A stretch of DNA of 64,000 nt from Carcharhinus amblyrhynchos (taxonomy: Eukaryota). Shown piece after piece: positions 21,246 to 35,605 of the stretch. Every line of letters begins with the position of its first letter. Position 1 is the first letter of the stretch. The stretch lies in NCBI GenBank assembly GCA_965287045.1, contig OZ336882.1, positions 80,476,001 to 80,540,000 on the forward strand. Reading direction: 5' to 3'. The notes under the pieces were generated by a model. The model was given only the letters and a program-made list of their open reading frames with translations. It did no database searches and had not been told where the DNA came from. Made by a program: the position numbers and the translations under genes.

Positions 21246-24200
21246 ATGGCCCGCCCATTAATTCTACAGATCAAGGAACTTTTCTATCCAGTGCTGGCAG
21301 CTTTTGGTGCTCCCGGTAAGTCAATGTACCATGTTGTCCCATAGTTGCCGAGGACCTCACTGCTCACTGATTCAGCAACTGAATGCGAGAAGGTCATTAT
21401 TGCAATGTCTTTTCTCTGCCGAGATAAATTGTTGAATATCAGTGAGATCCTCAACGGTTCGCATGGCCTGAGAGCCGCGGTTCAGCTCGGAAGAATGTGA
21501 CACCTGGAGTTTAACTTCCCTCCCGACATTTGCGGAGATGGAGGCTGATTCTCTGCCCTTCCAACAGTTCACAGATCTGTATGCGATTTATTTGCAGTGA
21601 CAATCTGTATTGTTTCCCCTTTAAGATGACAATAAGTGGAAATGCGGCCTCTCCGGAAAGCAAAAATCATTGGATGATAGTTCAAGGGAAAATTGCTGCC
21701 CTGGAGGTTGCTCATCCTCAGAGTTGCAAATCCGTTCCGTTGTTTCCCTTTCTGTGCCCGACAGCTGCCTTCCGCTGATGATAAACATTAGAATCCCACC
21801 TTCTCGAATTAATTTCAAGAGCTATTTTCTCACCTCATTGATGCATATGAAAGACTTATTATTATTTACATAACGTGTGAATGTTGCGTTTAGCGCCCCT
21901 GATATTAGATGCAGCTCTTGAAATTAAATTTAAGACACTAAATTCAATCGATTGCCCCACCGTGCCGCTGCGCTCACTTCTACAATTGGTCTGAGCATCA
22001 CCTGATACAAGCCTCGTGGTGGATGGATTTAGTTGTCAGAGCTGCAGCACAGGGAATTACTGTATAGAAATCAATCATTTGTTTGGTTGAATTTACTTCA
22101 TTCATTTGTGTGATGTGGGCATCGATGTCCTTTATTGTTCATTCTTCGCTGCCCATCGGATGCGGGTGGTGAGCTGCCTTCCTGATCCGCTGCTGTCCAA
22201 ATTGTAAGTGCACCCACAGTGCTGGTCGAGGGAAAGAGAGTTTCAAGATTTTGGTACAACTTCAGTGAAGGAACAGTGATATATTTTCCACTCAGTTTGT
22301 CCAGTGACTTTGGGAGGACGTTAAGACGGTGGTGTTCCAATATATCTGCTGCCATTGAATTTCGAGACGGTAGTGGTCGAGGGTTTTGTATAATGCCGTG
22401 TAAGGTGCCTGGTGAATTGGTGCCTGGCAAATTGTGCGGAGGGTGTGGAGAGTCTGCAGAAGGATCTAGATAGGCTGGGCGAATGGGCCAGGAAATGGCA
22501 AATGGAATTTAATGTTGGCAAGTGTGAGGTGGTCCACTTTGGTAGGAAGAATGGTAGGAAGGACTATTACTTACGGGGCGAAAAACTGCAGCAGGCGACG
22601 GTGCAGAGGGACCTCGGGGTCCTTGTGCATGAGTCGCAAAAACCCAGCCTGCAAGTGCAGCAGGTGGTCAGGAAGGCGAATGGGATGCTGGCCTTCATAG
22701 CGAGGGGGATTGAATATAAAAGTAGGGAGGTCTTGCTGCAGCTGTATAGGGCATTGGTGAGGCCGCAGCTGGAGTACTGTGTGCAGTTTTGGGCGCCGCA
22801 CCTGCGCAAGGATATTTTGGCCCTGGAGGGAGTGCAGAGGAGGTTTACTAGGCTGATACCGGAGTTGAGGGGGTTGAGCTATGAGGAGAGGCTGAATAAA
22901 CTAGGCTTGTACTCGTTAGAGTTTAGAAGAATGAGGGGAGATCTCATTGAGACGTATAAGATGATGAATGGGATGGATAGGATAGAGGTGGAAAGACTCT
23001 TCCCGCTCAAAAAAGACAGTAGGACTAGGGGGCACAGCCTCAAGATAAAGGGGGGGCGGTTCAGAACGGAGTTGAGGAGGAACTTCTTCACTCAAAGGGT
23101 GGTGAATCTCTGGAATTCTCTGCCCGTTGAAGTGGTGGAGGCTGCCTCGCTAAATATTTTTAAGAAGCGGGTTGATGGGTTTTTGATAAGAGAGGGGATT
23201 AAGGGTTATGGGGAGAGGGCGGGAAAGTGGAACTGAGCCACGACAGATCAGCCATGATCTTATTGAATGGCGGGGCAGGCTCGAAGGGCCAGATGGCCTA
23301 CTCCTGCTCCTATTTCTTATGTTCTTATGTTCTTATGTTCTTATGGTGAGTTCCTGTAAATGCTGTTCACGGCTGGCCCAGCGTGCCTGCGGTAGAGGTA
23401 GTGAACATTTTGTGGGCGGGTTAGCATTCCAACCGCCTGCTTCATCCTTCATTGTCTAGAACATCTTGAGTGTCTTTGGAGCCGCCCTCGTGCAGGTAAA
23501 TGGAGAGTATTCCATCACACCATCAACTTCTAAACGGTGCACAGGATGTTGGGGGACAACAGGTCTGTTATTCACCGCAGGATTCCTAACCGCTGATCTG
23601 CTTTTGTGGACACTATTTATTTGCTAAAATATGCAAAATACAGTGGATGCTGGAATGTGAAACAAAAATAAGGAATTCCAGAAAAACACGGACTGTTTTC
23701 TTCCCCGACGGAATCTGTCAGCCCTGCTGAGATTTTCTAAATTTTTCTGTCATGTGGCTCGCCCAGTTCAGGTTGTGTTTACGGTTGATGCAAATAGTTG
23801 GGGACTCAGTGATGGCATTGCGTGTTAAGGGGAAATGGTTAGATTATGTATTGTTGTTGGCAGTCATGCCCTAAACTTGTGTGACACAGGCGTTATTTCC
23901 CACTTGTCAGCCCAAACCTGGATGTTGTCTACATCTTGCTGCATTTGGACACCGGCAGCCTCGGTATCTGAAGGCTCACATGTGATACGCTATATTGTGC
24001 AGTCATCAATGATCAATCCCACTTCTGACCTTATATTGGAAGAACGTTTATGATGAAGCAGCTGAAGACGTTTGAGCCTAGGACATTCACTGGGGAAATG
24101 ACGGAATGTACAATTTATTGAACAAACCGGAATTTCCTTTCTGAGGATTTCCCTTAGGAGACGCGGTATGAGGTTTGATTTCGACTTCGCGTGAATGGAG

Positions 24201-25571
24201 TCTGAGACCAGTGTCAGGGCTGGTGCTTACTGTAATTAAATCGATATAGATGCAAGGATGCTGATCCCAGATCACCCGGTATATACAAGACTCCAAAATC
24301 ACAATTGACCCCATTTGAGGCTTGGGTTCTTTTATTGTCGATTGTGCTGAGGGGAAATTTCAATTAACATTCTGTAGACTGAATCCGGCGACCCTCCGCT
24401 CAATATGTGGAAAAAAAAGACATAAATTATTGCAATGGGGATACCATCGCAGGTGCCGAAATTTGAGTTCATGGCGATCTGTTTCAATAAAAATATCACC
24501 TCTGCTCGCTTGTACAATAGAAGGAGTCCATGTCAATAACTGAGTAAAAGTGCACCCATACATTTCGCTAAAGCATGCTTTGAGTGTTACCAGTCTGCTT
24601 CCATGACTTGGCTCTTCTCCCTCGTTTTTACAGCGAATCTCGTGACCATCGTGATCCTCGCCAAAGGAAATTGTGGCCTTTCCAGATGTGTCTCTATCTA
24701 CATGGTGGCCATGGCAACAGCAGATTTGTTGGTGATGCTCATCAATGTAATTTTGTATTATATTCTGAGAAAACGTTTTCCAAATTCATTCCTCTGCTTC
24801 ACTGTTGTTTGCAAATTAATGATATATATGCTTTGTAATAACCTATATATGTCAGTATGGTTTACAGTCTCATTCACAGTTGACCGATATGTTGCTATAT
24901 GTAGTCAGAAGTTTAAAACAATCTATTGCACCGCGAGAACAGCGACTGCAGTTTTAACAACAGCCTCAGTCCTTATCTATTTACAGAACATGTATGTTTG
25001 GTTTGCATTTGAACATAAAAGCACAATTAATGGTGTTCAATGGGGTGCCCTCCCTAGCCAGGATTTTTATACTTCTCAAATTGGTGATGCAGTCGTCTTG
25101 TTACAAAGTATCTTATTGAACTGGATTCCCTTCATTTTGATATTACTATTAAACCTTTTGACAATCAGAAGGATTTTGTTGTCCAGCAAAGCCCGTGCGG
25201 GCCTGCGGGGTCAAAACAGCGGGAATCAGAATGATCCAGAGATACAGAACCGAAGGAAGCCCATTATTCTATTGTTCACTATTTCTAGTAGCTTTCTATT
25301 GTTGTGGGCGACAAGAGTCATTACGTATTTAGCCAGTCGGATGCTCGTTTATGTCCGGTCCGATTACACGTCCGCTGCATATATCGCCACCGAAGCGGGA
25401 ACACTGCTCATCCATTTAAGTTCATGCACAAACACGTGCATTTATGCAGCTACACAAGCTAAATTCAGGGAAGAGCTAAAGAAGATCGCGAAATCTCCTT
25501 GCACAATAATTCTGATGTTGCAAAAATATGTAAAATTAAAGAATGCCGTCCTTCCTGCCACAAAAATATAA
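21246..25571 (+). CDS. GPR139/GPR142-like GPCR, copy 2; join(21246..21315,24634..25571), 335 aa
   Basis: Exon 1 encodes MARPLILQIKELFYPVLAAFGAP. Donor GTAAGT at 21316, acceptor ttttacag ending at 24633, open frame to TAA. The intron is enlarged by a CR1. Confidence 0.92.
22416..23343 (+). mobile_element. Young CR1 inserted in the intron of copy 2
   Basis: Uninterrupted ORF2 C-terminus (ORF 22412-23236) and (TTCTTATG)n tail, flanked by TGGTGA at 22410-22415 and 23344-23349. Absent from the other units. Confidence 0.95.
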
Positions 25572-25795
25572 CGTGTTTCTTTAAATAACGGCCTTCAGAA
25601 GCACTGTGCCATTCTTTGTTTTATCTTCTGTTGCCTACTGCTATTCGCGAGTAATTTTTGCTGTTTCCTGCTGTAGCGGCTTACTCCAATCAGTGTGCAC
25701 AGAAAACACGAATGATATCATTCAACAGTGGAGTAAAATGGGTTCGTATCAGTCCGAGCTGCCGTACAGTGCACGCAATGCCTTATGCCGCATTT

Positions 25796-27082
25796 AAATT
25801 TAGTGGAGTTCTATGAGGATGTGTCTAGGGCGTTGGATAGAGGAGAGCCGGTGGATGTGGTCTTTCTTGATTTTCAGAAGGCGTTTGACAAGGTACCTCA
25901 CAAGAGTTATTGCAGAAGGTAAGGGGACATGGAGTTGGGGGTAGGGTGTTAGCGTGGATAGAGGATTGGTTGTCAGATAGGAGGTAGAGAGTGGGGGTCA
26001 ATGGGTGCTATTCGGATTGGCGGTTGGTGAGTAGTGGAGTGCCCCAGGGGTCGGTGCTGGGGCCTCAGCTATTTACCATTTATATAGATGATCTGGAGGA
26101 GGGAACCGAGTGTATGGTGTCGAAATTTGCTGATGACACCAAGATTGGTGGAACGGCAAATTGTGCGGAGGGTGTGGAGAGTCTGCAGAAGGATCTCGAT
26201 AGGCTGGGCGAATGGGCCAGGAAATGGCAAATGGAATTTAATGTTGGTAAGTGCGAGGTGGTCCACTTTGGTAGGAATAATGGTAGGAAGGACTATTACT
26301 TACGTGGCGAAAAACTGCAGCAGGCGACGGTGCAGAGGGACCTCGGGGTCCTTGCGCATGAGTCGCAAAAACCCAGCCTGCAGGTGCAGCAGGTGGTCAG
26401 GAAGGCGAATGGGATGCTGTCCTTCATAGCGAGGGGGATTGAATATAAAAGTAGGGAGGTCTTGCTGCGGCCGTATAGGGCATTGGTGAGGCCGCAGCTG
26501 GAGTACTGTGCGCAGTTTTGGTCGCCGTACTAACGCAAGGATATTTTGACCTTGGAGGGAGTGCCGAGGAGGTTTACCAGGCTGATACCGGAGTTGAGGG
26601 GGTTGAGCTATGAGGAGAGGCTGAATAAACTAGGCTTGTACTCGTTACAGTTTAGAAGAATGAGGGGAGATCTCATTGAGACATATAAGATGATGCATGG
26701 GATGGATAGGATAGAAGTGGAGAGACTCTTCCCGCTCAGAAAGGACAGTAGGACTAGGGGGCACAGCCTCAAGATAAAGGGCGGGGGGGGGGGGGGGGGC
26801 GCGGTTTAGAACGGAGTTGAGGAGGAACTTCTTCACTGAAAGGGTGGTGAATCTCTGGAATTCTCTGCCCGTTGAGGTGGTGGAGGCTGCCTCGCTAAAT
26901 ATTTTTAAGACGCGGGTTGATGGGTTTTTGATAAGCGAGGGGATTAAGCGATATGGGGAGAGGGCGGGAATGTGGAACTGAGCCACGACAGATCAGGCAT
27001 GATCTTATTGAATAGCGGGGCAGACTCGAAGGGCTAGATGGCCTACCCCTGCTCCTATTTCTTATGTTCTTCTTATGTTCTT
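25796..27082 (+). mobile_element. CR1/HER1-like LINE 3' of GPCR, unit 2
   Basis: Equivalent of 14539-15813, with in-frame stops (TAG ~25985, TAA 26531) and an expanded poly-G. Confidence 0.95.
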
Positions 27083-27087
27083 TCTAC

Positions 27088-30000
27088 GATACATCGCAGG
27101 TACTGCCTTGAAGCGCTTCTATTGCCTTACATTGTAGGTACTAGCTTACACCGCAGAAACCATCTTACACCACAGCACTGACTTAAACTACAGGAACTGC
27201 GTTGCACCATAGGTACTGCCTGCACCGCAGGTATAACATTACACAGCAGGTATTGCTCACACCACTTCCTCCGCAGGCTCACCGCAGGTACCACCTTCTG
27301 GTACCTTCTGGTACTTCTGGTACTTCAGGCACTCTGGTACCAAGGTGGTACCAGATGTACCACCTTCCAGCACAGGTGATTTATTGCACGACAGGAATCG
27401 CCCTGCCCTGCAGGCACTACCTTGAACCACAGTACTGCTTTATGCTGCGGCTTCTGCCTGACACCGCAGACACTACCTTACACATCACTGCCTTACATCG
27501 CAGGCAATGCATACACCACAGTTTCTCCCTCAAACTACAGTGGCTGCCTTGTACCGCAGACTGCCTTGCACCTCAGGTCCCACATTCCACAGTATGTATT
27601 ACCTCGAACCGCGGACGCCGCATTACACCACAGATGCGGCCTTGTAACAAAGATGCTGTTTTTCACTTAAACTACTTTCTTACACAACAGGTACAACGCA
27701 AGGAACTGTTACACCGCCGCTCGTTCCGGAAACCGGAGACACTGCATCACATTGCAAGCACTGTCTTGCACCACAGGTTCTGTCTTACGCACAGGCGATG
27801 CAGCGCAGCACAGCTACTGCCATTCCATTCATGTTCTTCCTTAGAGAACAGATATGTCTACAACCGATGGATCTGCCTTACAGCGTAGATACTGCTTTAC
27901 ACCACAGTTTCTGGTTACGGCACAGTTTCTGTATTACTCCGCAGCCAATGTCTCACACCAAAGGTTCTCCTTGAAAACACCACAATACTAACTTGAACCA
28001 TCTTAAAGGGAATTGCTTGATAGGGCAGACGCAACACGGTTTCATTAAAGGGAAGTCGTGTCTGACAAATTTACTGGAGTTCTATGAGGATGTGTCTAGG
28101 GCAGTGGATAGAGGAGAGCCGGTGGATGTGGTCGTTCTGGATTTTCAGAAGGCGTTTGACAAGGTACCTCACAAGAGGTTATTGCAGAAGGTCAGGGGAC
28201 ATGGAGTTGGGGGTAGGGTGTTAGCGTGGATAGAGTATTGGTTGTCAAATAGGAGGCAGAGAGTGGGGGTCAATGGGTGCTATTCGGATTGGCGGTTGGT
28301 GACTAGTGGGGTGCCCCAGGGGTCGGTGCTGGGGCCTCAGCTATTTACCATTTATATAGATGATCTGGAGGAGGGAACCGAGTGTATGGTGTCGAAATTT
28401 GCTGATGACACCAAGAGTGGGGGAAAGGCAAATTGTGCGGAGGGTGTGGAGAGTCTGCAGAAGGATCTAGATAGGCTGGGCGAATGGGCCAGGAAATGGC
28501 AAATGGAATTTAATGTTGGCAAGTGTGAGGTGGTCCACTTTGGTAGGAAGAATGGTAGGAAGGACTATTACTTACGTGGCGAAAATCTGCAGCAGACGAC
28601 GGTGCAGCGGGACCTCGGGGTCCTTGTGCATGAGTCGCAAAAACCCAGCTTGCAGGTGCAGCAGGTGGTCAGGAAGGCGAATGGGATGCTGGCCTTCATA
28701 GCGAGGGGGATTGAATATAAAAGTAAGGAGGTCTTGCTGCAGCTGTATAGGGCATTGGTGAGGCAGCAGCTGGAGTACTGTGTGCAGTTTTGGGCGCCGC
28801 ACCTGCGCAAGGATATTTTGCCCTTGGAGGGAGTGCAGAGGAGGTTTACTCGGCTGATACCGGAGTTGAGGGGGTTGAGCTATGAGGAGAGGCTGAATAA
28901 ACTAGGCTTGTACTCGTTAGAGTATAAGAAGAACTGAGCCACGACAGATCAGCCATGATGTTATTGAATGGTGTGGCAGGCTCGAAGGGCTAGATGGCTT
29001 ACTCCTGCTCCTGTTTCTTATGTTCTTATGTTCAAAGGCTCTGACTTGAACTACCGATACTGCATTGTGCAACAGTTTTTACACCGAAGCTACTTTCTTG
29101 CCAAGACGATACCGCCTTATTCCATAGGAACTTTATTGCACGACAGGTCCTGCCTTGCACCGCAGCTGATGATTTGCACAACAGATATTGCAGCTACTGC
29201 CTTATACCACAAGTTCTGCCTTACACTGCAGGTGCTCACTGACTCTAAAGGGACTAACTCACACTGCGTGCACCGCCTAAAAACCGCAGTGTCTATGTAA
29301 AGCACAGGTACTACCTGGAAGTTTAGATTCTGCATTACACCACAGGATTTAAACTGAAGCTACTTTCTTACACCATATGTACCACCTTTCCCTGTAAGCA
29401 CTCCCTTACACCGCGAGTACTTTTTTTTACATCTCCGCAGCCTCTTTATACTGCCCTGCAGCAATGGCATGCCTTCCACCACAAGTACTGCCTTCAGCGT
29501 AGTAACTGCCTTCATTGTAAGTACTGCCCGACGCCACACGTACTACCTTATACCGCAGGTATTGCCTTCTAAAGCCTGTATTGTCTTTACTCCAGAAACT
29601 GCACTACAGCGCAATAACTCATCTCAGATGCTTCCTTACACAACGGTACTGTCTTCACCAATGATGGGTGGCACAGTATACAAGGCCTTTCATTGAGGTA
29701 CTGCCTGACTCCACGGCTTTTGCCTTTCACAACAAGTAATTCGATAGACCACAGGTACTTTCTTCACTGCGGGAATTGGTTTCATCACAGCAGTTGCCTT
29801 GCCGAACAGTTATTGCCTTACACCTCAGTTGCTATCTACACAACAGTTGATGTCTTAATCTACAGGTGTTGCCTTACATCATACTTACAGCATAGCTACT
29901 GTTTTAAACCACTGGTACTGCCCGGCACTTAAAGCACAACATCGCTCCACAGCTATTGCTTTCACCATAGACACTCCCTTACAAAGCGGTTACTGGCTTA

Positions 30001-31820
30001 GACGGCAGATGCTACCTTAAACCACAAGTTTTGTGTTACGCCACAGACACCAGTTTGTACCAGATACTGCCTGAGACCACAAGGAACGGCTTATAATGCA
30101 CAGGTAACGCTACTGTGCTTTAAGAAATGCCAATTAATCACGTTCTCTGCAGCCATAACCTGTCACTGAGCCGCCTGCCTAAATGTCATTTAATTGCTCC
30201 TTAAATTATTAAATTGTTTATTTGTTTATATTCAATCTGGGCCTAATGCACTCTCATGGAGTTTATGGCAATTTTGGAATTGTTGGGGGCAGATATCTGA
30301 CAGGGCAAGTGGAAGAGTTTTATTTTTTTCCTCGCAGGAATTATTTCACTTTCAGTTTCGGTTGCTGGTTTGTTAGAAATTGCTTGGACTCCAGGCTGGA
30401 TGCAGTGTTTTTTCTCTACCTGGTATTAAAGATTCTGCTGGCTAGTAGGAATAGTCTTTCCTTCTTTTCAGCATGAACATTTTGCTGAAAAGTACGTCTT
30501 ACTTGAGCATTTTACTAGCTGGAGGAAAGCAGTGGCACTGTATCCACCTGGAGTCTGGGAGTCTCAGAATGCAGAATGCAATGTTTCACTTCTCCATCCA
30601 AAGGATTAATAACCACAGGGTTTGCAGTGCTGAAAAAACACTGAGCATATGTATTTACTGTGTTAAATCGAAATTAAGTGCATATGTTACTAAGTCTGTT
30701 CTGTTAGTACAGAACATTGAGCGATGGAGGTTTACAACATCATGGTTTTTTTCTGTTATTGTTAGTCATTGGTAAAAGTTACTGCTAATTTTCTTTCGGT
30801 GAGTTCACTGTATTCTGGAATTAAATTTGTGTGATAAAAGCTCATCGGTCTGTCATTTAATTCAAGCCTGAGGTGAAACATCTCATGGTTACCCGCACCA
30901 TATTCAATTTGCAAAACATAAAGTGCAGGCTGACCTCATAAAACACGTGAAATTTCTGACCTGGATTATAACACAGGCAAGTACTGGGTTAGGCAGCGGT
31001 TGCTGCGTTACACCACAGGTGCTACCTTATGCACAAGGTACTTGCTGACATCATCGCTTCTGCCTTACACCACTGGAGTATCTTGACAGCGCAGGAACTG
31101 ATTTCACCACAGGTATTGTATTGTACCATACTCACATCCTTACACTGCACGTACTGGTGTACACCGCAGGTACTACCGTCCAAATGCAAGTAACGTCGTC
31201 ACTGTAGGAACTGCCTCACAGAGCAGTAACGATGTTACATAGGTTTTACTGTCTTACACCGTCGGATAATACCTCACCCCATAGATACTGCCTGCACCAC
31301 AGGAGCTGCCTCCACTTCAGAAGTGTCTTATATTGCAGGTACTACATTATATCAAAGGCTTACGTAACTGGTGCCACATACTACAGATATGCTGCCTTGC
31401 ACCACAGATATACCTTAAACGGCAGGAAGTGTCTTTCACCACAGGTTCCGTTTCGCACCACAGACACTGCCTTACATCACAGATGCTGCCTTGCACGAAA
31501 GTTAATACCATACACCACAGTTCTGCCTTACACATCAGTTATCCTGTGAAACTGCTGGATCAGCCGAAAATCATATGTGCCTTACCTGATTACGCCTCAC
31601 ACCACAGCTACTGCATTACACCACAAGTACAACCGGACACTGCGGTTTCCTCTGAAACTGCAGCAATTCTTTCAGACCAGATACTGCTTTATTCTGTGGA
31701 TCGACTTACAGTACAGTTGCTGTGTAACACAGAGTTAGTGCCTTGTACTACAACTGCCGCGTGTTACCACAGACAGCGTCACAGCACAGATAATTGCACA
31801 CGGCAGGTGTCACCTGATGC
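27088..31820 (+). repeat. Degenerate minisatellite blocks, unit 2 (27088-30115 and 30965-31820)
   Basis: Same caggtactgccttacacc-type repeats, interrupted by a CR1 and an AT-rich spacer. Confidence 0.7.
28001..29032 (+). mobile_element. CR1 insertion private to unit 2, with ~300-bp internal deletion
   Basis: ORF 27993-28937 reads QHGFIKGKSCLTNLLEF..KFADDTK. It jumps from LEY(agaa) to gaactgagcc in the 3' end. The empty site cttgaaccaaaggctctg is present in the other units. Confidence 0.93.
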
Positions 31821-32996
31821 TTCATGTGGTATAATGTCATTCTCTAATTCAATGCCAAATGTAAGAGTTTAAAATGACCAAAATCTTTCCATTCTTTGTC
31901 ATTTGTCTCCGATCCGCAGTTCATCCAAGCACTGTGCGTTTATCTATCCTGTTCTAGTTCTTCTCCTATACAATCACCTGATCAGAATTCGTCAGCATGC
32001 ATGGACCTGATATCTATTCAGGATCTGGTCAATGTCAAAAGGCACAGTTTAACCAGTTGATGGATCGCTTCGTCCAGGAGATTGTTTTGTCTTTACATTA
32101 CTGAGCAGCACACAATAGCTGATATAGGTTGGCAGCTGAAGCAATGAAAGGGGAAATGCAGGATAGATACCAGTCAAACTTCTTCAACACCTCCATCTGG
32201 AAAAGCTTGCCAGAAAATAATCGAATGTCTCCTGTTCAGTGTTGTGCAAAGGCTGACCTTCACTGAGTCTGTGCGTGTAAAATTACTGAACTAGACATGA
32301 AACAATCAAGATGTAATTTCCGTGATGTTGTCCTCAACAATTGCTCAGAAACATGCTCCATCATGTGGGCAATATCGCAGCAAGAAATTATTAATATCAA
32401 GAAGGGAGTGAGTACATACATCAAACTCACCCGGATGACTCGGGTGTTATATACATATGATGGCACATTAAATAAACGAAGGGCGACAGTTTTTATCCAT
32501 TTATGGGATGGGGGAGCTGTTTGGCCCCGGATACAATTTACTGTTCGTCTGAAATGGCCCCGGAGAGAGCACTTAGCAGTCAACTAAATTGTTGTGTGGC
32601 TGGAGAAAGGAAACAAACAAGGTGAGGAAGGCATGTTTAATTCGTCATTGAGCATACATTAACGAGATGGTTATTTACGACAATCCACTCATGGTCATCC
32701 CGGAGATTTTGAAAAAAATATTGATTTCAAATTCCACAACATGAAGGTATTCGAACCCAGAATCCTACAATAAACGATCGGTATCTCCGTTTCTATTACT
32801 GGTTTGCATTGCCACAAAGATAAATGCATATACAGTTAACCTGTAACTTACCAGTAGTATGCCTATTGCCTTTTTTTGCTTCCTTTTGTGATACCCCTGT
32901 TCATTCACTTTTTCAGACTGAGTAGCAAAGAATAATCACATTAAATCAACAGTTACCAAGGCGGACACTGCATCAAAGGTTAGGGTCAGAAGTACG

Positions 32997-34508
32997 TAAT
33001 TGTCGGGAAGGATGGCAGACAGGATGTAAGGTTGATTCAGACCATGCGTGGCAACGACTGTTGGATTGAGCACAAGTATGTTATCTCCAAAGCATGTCTG
33101 AAGATTCAGCTAAAGTGACAACCTCAAGGCAATACGATCACCGAACGACTGAAAATCTCAAGCTTGAAGATTGACCACACCCAACTGCAGCTCACTGATG
33201 ATCTGTGGCGGCCAAGTGACCTTCAGAAACCCGAAGACAAGATTGAGGAACTTTGGGGTTTCTGACAGGATACAGTGTATGCCACAGCTGAACGGTTATT
33301 GGGTCGCACAAAGAGTAAGCACCAGGACTGGCTTGAAGGAAATGGCCCTGAAATCCGGCATCCTTTTGAAAAAAAAAATACAAATTACACAGAGCACACC
33401 TAAATGAAAAATCCGGAGGCAAAATAACTGTTTGTAACACTATTCGTAGCACAGTTCAAGGCAGATTACATGCAATGCAGGGCAAGTGGCTGAGACAAAA
33501 GGCAGATGAAACACAAGCCTGTGTTGACAAAAATTACACGAGGAACCACTACGAATCTGTGAGGATGTCCCTCAGGGTTCACCCAGACTATTGCTCTCCG
33601 CTATTCAGTGTTTCAGAGACGACACTACTCACAGTGTAATTTCTGATGTCAGAGACAGCTGTGTCATTCAAAAACACCCACAATTGGCCATCCCATATTA
33701 ATGATGAAGTTGTAAGTAAACATCCCCAGTCAATACCAGCGCTTGCTCGGGACTTCACCCACACTGTTGGAAAGAGAGAACGCTTTCGAGTAATTGTCAA
33801 ATGACAAAGTCCCTGGAGCCAATCAAATTCCATTAGAAATCATCGATATGGCGCATCATGGAAACTCAGAATGTCCACCCACCTCTGAAGTTCACATGCT
33901 AGCAACGGATCCTCCCACAATGCTTCAACGACTGTTTCTTTGCTTATATTTGTAAACATAAAGTCAAACTCCAGTCCTGTGACAAACACAACTGATTATA
34001 CGAGCTGACTATTTCCGGAAAGGACTTTGCCAGAATCCTTCTAAACCGACTCACCTGAGCAAGGTTCTTCCCGGAGAGCAATTTTGTCCGGGAAAAAAAA
34101 GTGAAACCATCGACATGGCATTTGTTGTTCACCAAATGCAGGAGAAATGCCCAAAACAAAATGTTGAACAAGGCACCAAATTCATCCATCTTGCCAAGTC
34201 TTCGAAATTGTTAGCAGCGAAGTACTCTGATATATTTTGAGTAAGTTTGGTCTTCCATACTAACTCAATCAGATGGCTCGACAGTTGTACAATTGCACGC
34301 AGGCCCGCCTCCCCCTTGACAATATGACTTCGGCCCCGTTCTGTGTCATCATTGGAGTGTAACAGTGCTGCACACTGGCACTAGCCCTCTTGCGCATCAT
34401 GTTCTTAGTCGTGCACACTAATGCTAGCGAGGCTAAGGATTAGGAATAGAAATCAGTTATGGAATAGACAGCCGGACTTTCAATTTGAGACGCCACAAAG
34501 TCAAGAAG
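32997..34508 (+). mobile_element. Decayed RTE-like LINE, unit 3
   Basis: Collinear with 8312-9825. Confidence 0.78.
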
Positions 34509-35605
34509 TCCGAAATGCCAGGATAAGAGAATAATAAATCTTAGCAAATCTTTGGGTGGAAGTCATGACAGAGATGGGCAGCAGCGTAGCCATGAGCGAT
34601 TTGTATTTAAGGGCCAGCGGACAGGGGCATTGCTCGTCCAGGGACAAAAACCATTTGGTCAAATTAAATAGTGGCCAAGTGGTCAGGAAGACTCCGGCAA
34701 AAAGTTTCAATGGATGAAACATCGTGTCCACACGGCACGGAGCTATTTTCATCGCTTGTTGATGGACTGATCTCTCAAATAGGTGAAATATATCAACGTA
34801 CTCTGAAATTTTCTTTGCAGCTCGGCTGCACTGAGTTCAATCGCCAGCAATAGTTTAGTGCCACTCGTTCAGAGTGATGCAACGTGTCCGTCAAGCTGTG
34901 TCAAGCTCTGGGTCTCAAATTCTTATTGGTGCGTCAGAGGGGTAGTGAAGAATGATACCAAACCTAATCTCTATTTCACGGGTTGGCACGGGACACTCTG
35001 AAATAGTGTCACCTCAAGTAATGATTCAGTAGATCATACATATTTAATTTCAGTTAGCATTGATAATGATAGATTAACATTAATGGTAAATTTATAATTT
35101 AGTTCCTACAATTCAGATTGTAGGAAAGACACAGGAAAGTAAGATAATTGTCACAAGTAAAAACGGCTATTCATCAGTAATTATCACAATGCCTATCAAG
35201 TGAAAATTTATGGACACAAGAGCGAAATACAAATAAGCTGTACATTAGATGCATGCATTTAAATCAGTGCATGATGAAACTGGCAGAATCAAACATTGTG
35301 TCCACAGGGATGGTCCATTCTGTCTTCTGGGAGCCAGCGCAGAACACATGTGCTCCGGGATTCCTTTCTGATCACTGATGTTATTTGACGGAGCTTCATG
35401 GACTGACTAAGTGTCGATTGGCCAACAAGGATTCCCTCCAGAGGAAAGGGACTTTTTTGATTTAATTTGGTGAATCTGACGCAATTCGAGCGGAGCCTGA
35501 TTTTTCCCCCCAGGGATTGTATTATAGTATAAAAAGGGGAGAGTTTAGGAATCTTTTATACAACGGTGCATCGAGCGAAACGTTTGCATTCTTCTCGAAA
35601 TCACA

